DNA of 64,000 nt from Dehalococcoidia bacterium (GTDB taxonomy: Bacteria; Chloroflexota; Dehalococcoidia; Lucifugimonadales; Australimonadaceae): assembly GCA_034428375.1 (NCBI GenBank), contig DAOUHT010000140.1, positions 5,654-69,653 on the forward strand, read 5' to 3'. The notes under the pieces are model-generated. The model saw nothing but the letters and a program-made list of their open reading frames with translations, made no database searches and was not told where the DNA came from. Of this stretch, positions 63,016 to 64,000 are shown piece by piece. Numbering within the stretch: the stretch's first letter is position 1; each line of letters begins with the position of its first letter. A program made the translations under genes and the position numbers.

Positions 63016-63261
63016 ATGAACCTGGAAGGCATCGAGGCAGGCACGCGCCTGGTAACCGTTAGTGGGGACGTAGTTGAATTGCTGAGCGTAAGCGCGGACG
63101 GCGCCTCCGCGAGCGTCCGGTTCGTAGATGTCCTCGGTGGAGCGGATGTCGCCGAGGGCGATGAGGCATCGCTCCCATCCGAGGACATCGCCACGGTGGA
63201 CGGCAATCGTTTCGTGGGCCCGGGCCGCACGTCCTCTTACACGGGTGACAGCCGCGCATAG
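63016..63261 (+). CDS. hypothetical 81-aa acidic protein
   Basis: This ORF starts 21 nt after the Rieske gene, with a weak GGAG 7 nt upstream. It has no cysteines and no recognised family. Confidence 0.4.
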   Translation: MNLEGIEAGTRLVTVSGDVVELLSVSADGASASVRFVDVLGGADVAEGDEASLPSEDIATVDGNRFVGPGRTSSYTGDSRA

Positions 63262-63270
63262 GCTGTCACC
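63244..63270 (+). terminator. perfect 10-bp hairpin spanning the stop codon of the small ORF (possible terminator/insulator, no U-tract)
   Basis: GGTGACAGCC-gcgcata-GGCTGTCACC. The TAG stop at 63259-61 spans the loop/stem junction. Confidence 0.35.
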
Positions 63271-63290
63271 GGCATCGTTCAAGGAGGGTG

Positions 63291-63321
63291 TTGACCCTGA
63301 CGCAGTGTCAGGCTTTACGCT
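63291..63321 (+). promoter_or_regulatory. MerR-type promoter: -35 TTGACC, 19-bp spacer containing a perfect dyad, -10 TACGCT
   Basis: TTGACC (63291-96), a 19-nt spacer, then TACGCT (63316-21). The dyad CCTGAC-gcagt-GTCAGG lies at 63296-63312. The regulator ATG is 9 nt after the -10. Confidence 0.55.
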
Positions 63322-63330
63322 GATGCTGTT

Positions 63331-64000
63331 ATGAACACGGGACCACACCCTTACCGGATCGGGGAGTTGGCCGCACGGGTCGGCGTGTCCGTCCGGACGC
63401 TCCATCACTACGACCGCCTCGGCCTCGTGCAACCTTCTGCGCGTTCGGAAGCGGGCTACCGGCTCTACGGCGAGCATGACTTCCTCCGCCTGCAGCAGGT
63501 GCTCACGCTGCGTTGCCTGGGACTCCCGCTCCGACGTATCCGCGACGTGCTCGACAGCAAGGACTTCAACGTTGCGGCATCGTTGCGCGTGCAGCGCATC
63601 GCCCTGCGGGAACATATCGAGGAGTTGCAGCGCATCGAGTCGGCAATAGGGAACGCATTGGACGCGCAGGAGCGCAGCGGTGTGTGGGACTGGGACCTGG
63701 TACTGACGGCCGCAGCAGCGGCTGGGAACAGCGGAGGCAACATCATGGAACGCTACTACACGCCGGAGCAGATGGCGCAGTTCGCGGAATTGCGCGCCGA
63801 GACGCCGCCTGAGGAGATCGAGGCCGCCGAACGCGACTGGACCGCACTTCTCGCTGAGGTGAGAGCGTCGCGCGGGCTCGACCCCGCCAGCCCGCAGGCG
63901 AAGGCGCTCGTGGCGCGGTGGGACGCGTTGCAGGAGCGGACGATGGCGCACTTCGCGAGCAAGCCCGGCCTCGTGGAAGCGATTGGCCGCAACTACGAGG
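63331..64000 (+). CDS. MerR family transcriptional regulator, TipA-like (N-terminal HTH + TipAS-like C-terminal domain); runs off the window
   Basis: YRIGELAARVGVSVRTLHHYDRLGLVQPSARSEAGYRLYGEHDFLRLQQVLTLRCLGLPL... followed by YYTPEQMAQFAELRAE...RWDALQERTMAHF. No stop lies inside the window, so it is absent from the ORF track. Confidence 0.85.
   Translation, partial: MNTGPHPYRIGELAARVGVSVRTLHHYDRLGLVQPSARSEAGYRLYGEHDFLRLQQVLTLRCLGLPLRRIRDVLDSKDFNVAASLRVQRIALREHIEELQRIESAIGNALDAQERSGVWDWDLVLTAAAAAGNSGGNIMERYYTPEQMAQFAELRAETPPEEIEAAERDWTALLAEVRASRGLDPASPQAKALVARWDALQERTMAHFASKPGLVEAIGRNYE

Overview
This is a GC-rich bacterial chromosomal window. The gene content and the dense short palindromic intergenic repeats suggest a Chloroflexota/Thermomicrobia-like genome, but that is inference only. 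Most of the window is core housekeeping:
- translation and RNA: rpsP, a KH protein, rimM, rplU, rpmA, rpmE, rpmB, tsaE, tsaB, mnmA, rsfS
- DNA and nucleotide metabolism: gyrA, recN, rnhB, ndk
- other metabolism: thiL, aspartate kinase, thrB, plsY, selA, tRNA-Leu(UAA)

Accessory blocks are interleaved with the core genes:
- MmgE/PrpD plus a Rieske oxygenase
- a tRNA-Leu-adjacent pair of MpaB/DUF2236 oxygenase paralogs
- hyuA/hyuB, a D-aminoacylase and two EamA transporters, interrupted by a low-GC HEPN two-gene module
- a run of MFS transporters
- a 50.6-63.3 kb catabolic-looking island with two amidohydrolase_2 genes, an epimerase, five alpha/beta hydrolases (four in a tandem array), DUF3352, SDR, SnoaL and a second Rieske oxygenase, followed by a TipA/MerR regulator

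The most interesting observation is a DUF3179 lipoprotein gene (5846-7342, minus). It is interrupted by a single in-frame TGA at the position of its conserved Cys, which leaves a U-x-x-C motif. A SECIS-like hairpin lies about 13 nt downstream, and selA is in the same window. Together these make it a candidate selenoprotein.

Other points worth a second look:
- a lone RepA/AAA_25-like ATPase whose reading frame carries intergenic repeat elements, including a 4 x 18-nt tandem repeat, next to a low-GC iteron-like inverted repeat
- several families of interspersed palindromic repeats; one supplies the C-terminus and stop codon of an MFS gene
- a four-copy alpha/beta-hydrolase array with catalytic-triad motifs retained in every copy
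- a textbook MerR-type 19-bp-spacer promoter with a perfect dyad

I saw no CRISPR array, rRNA, transposase or integrase. Many long ORFs in the supplied track are antisense or out-of-frame artefacts of high GC. All family assignments come from reading the translations by eye; no database search was run.
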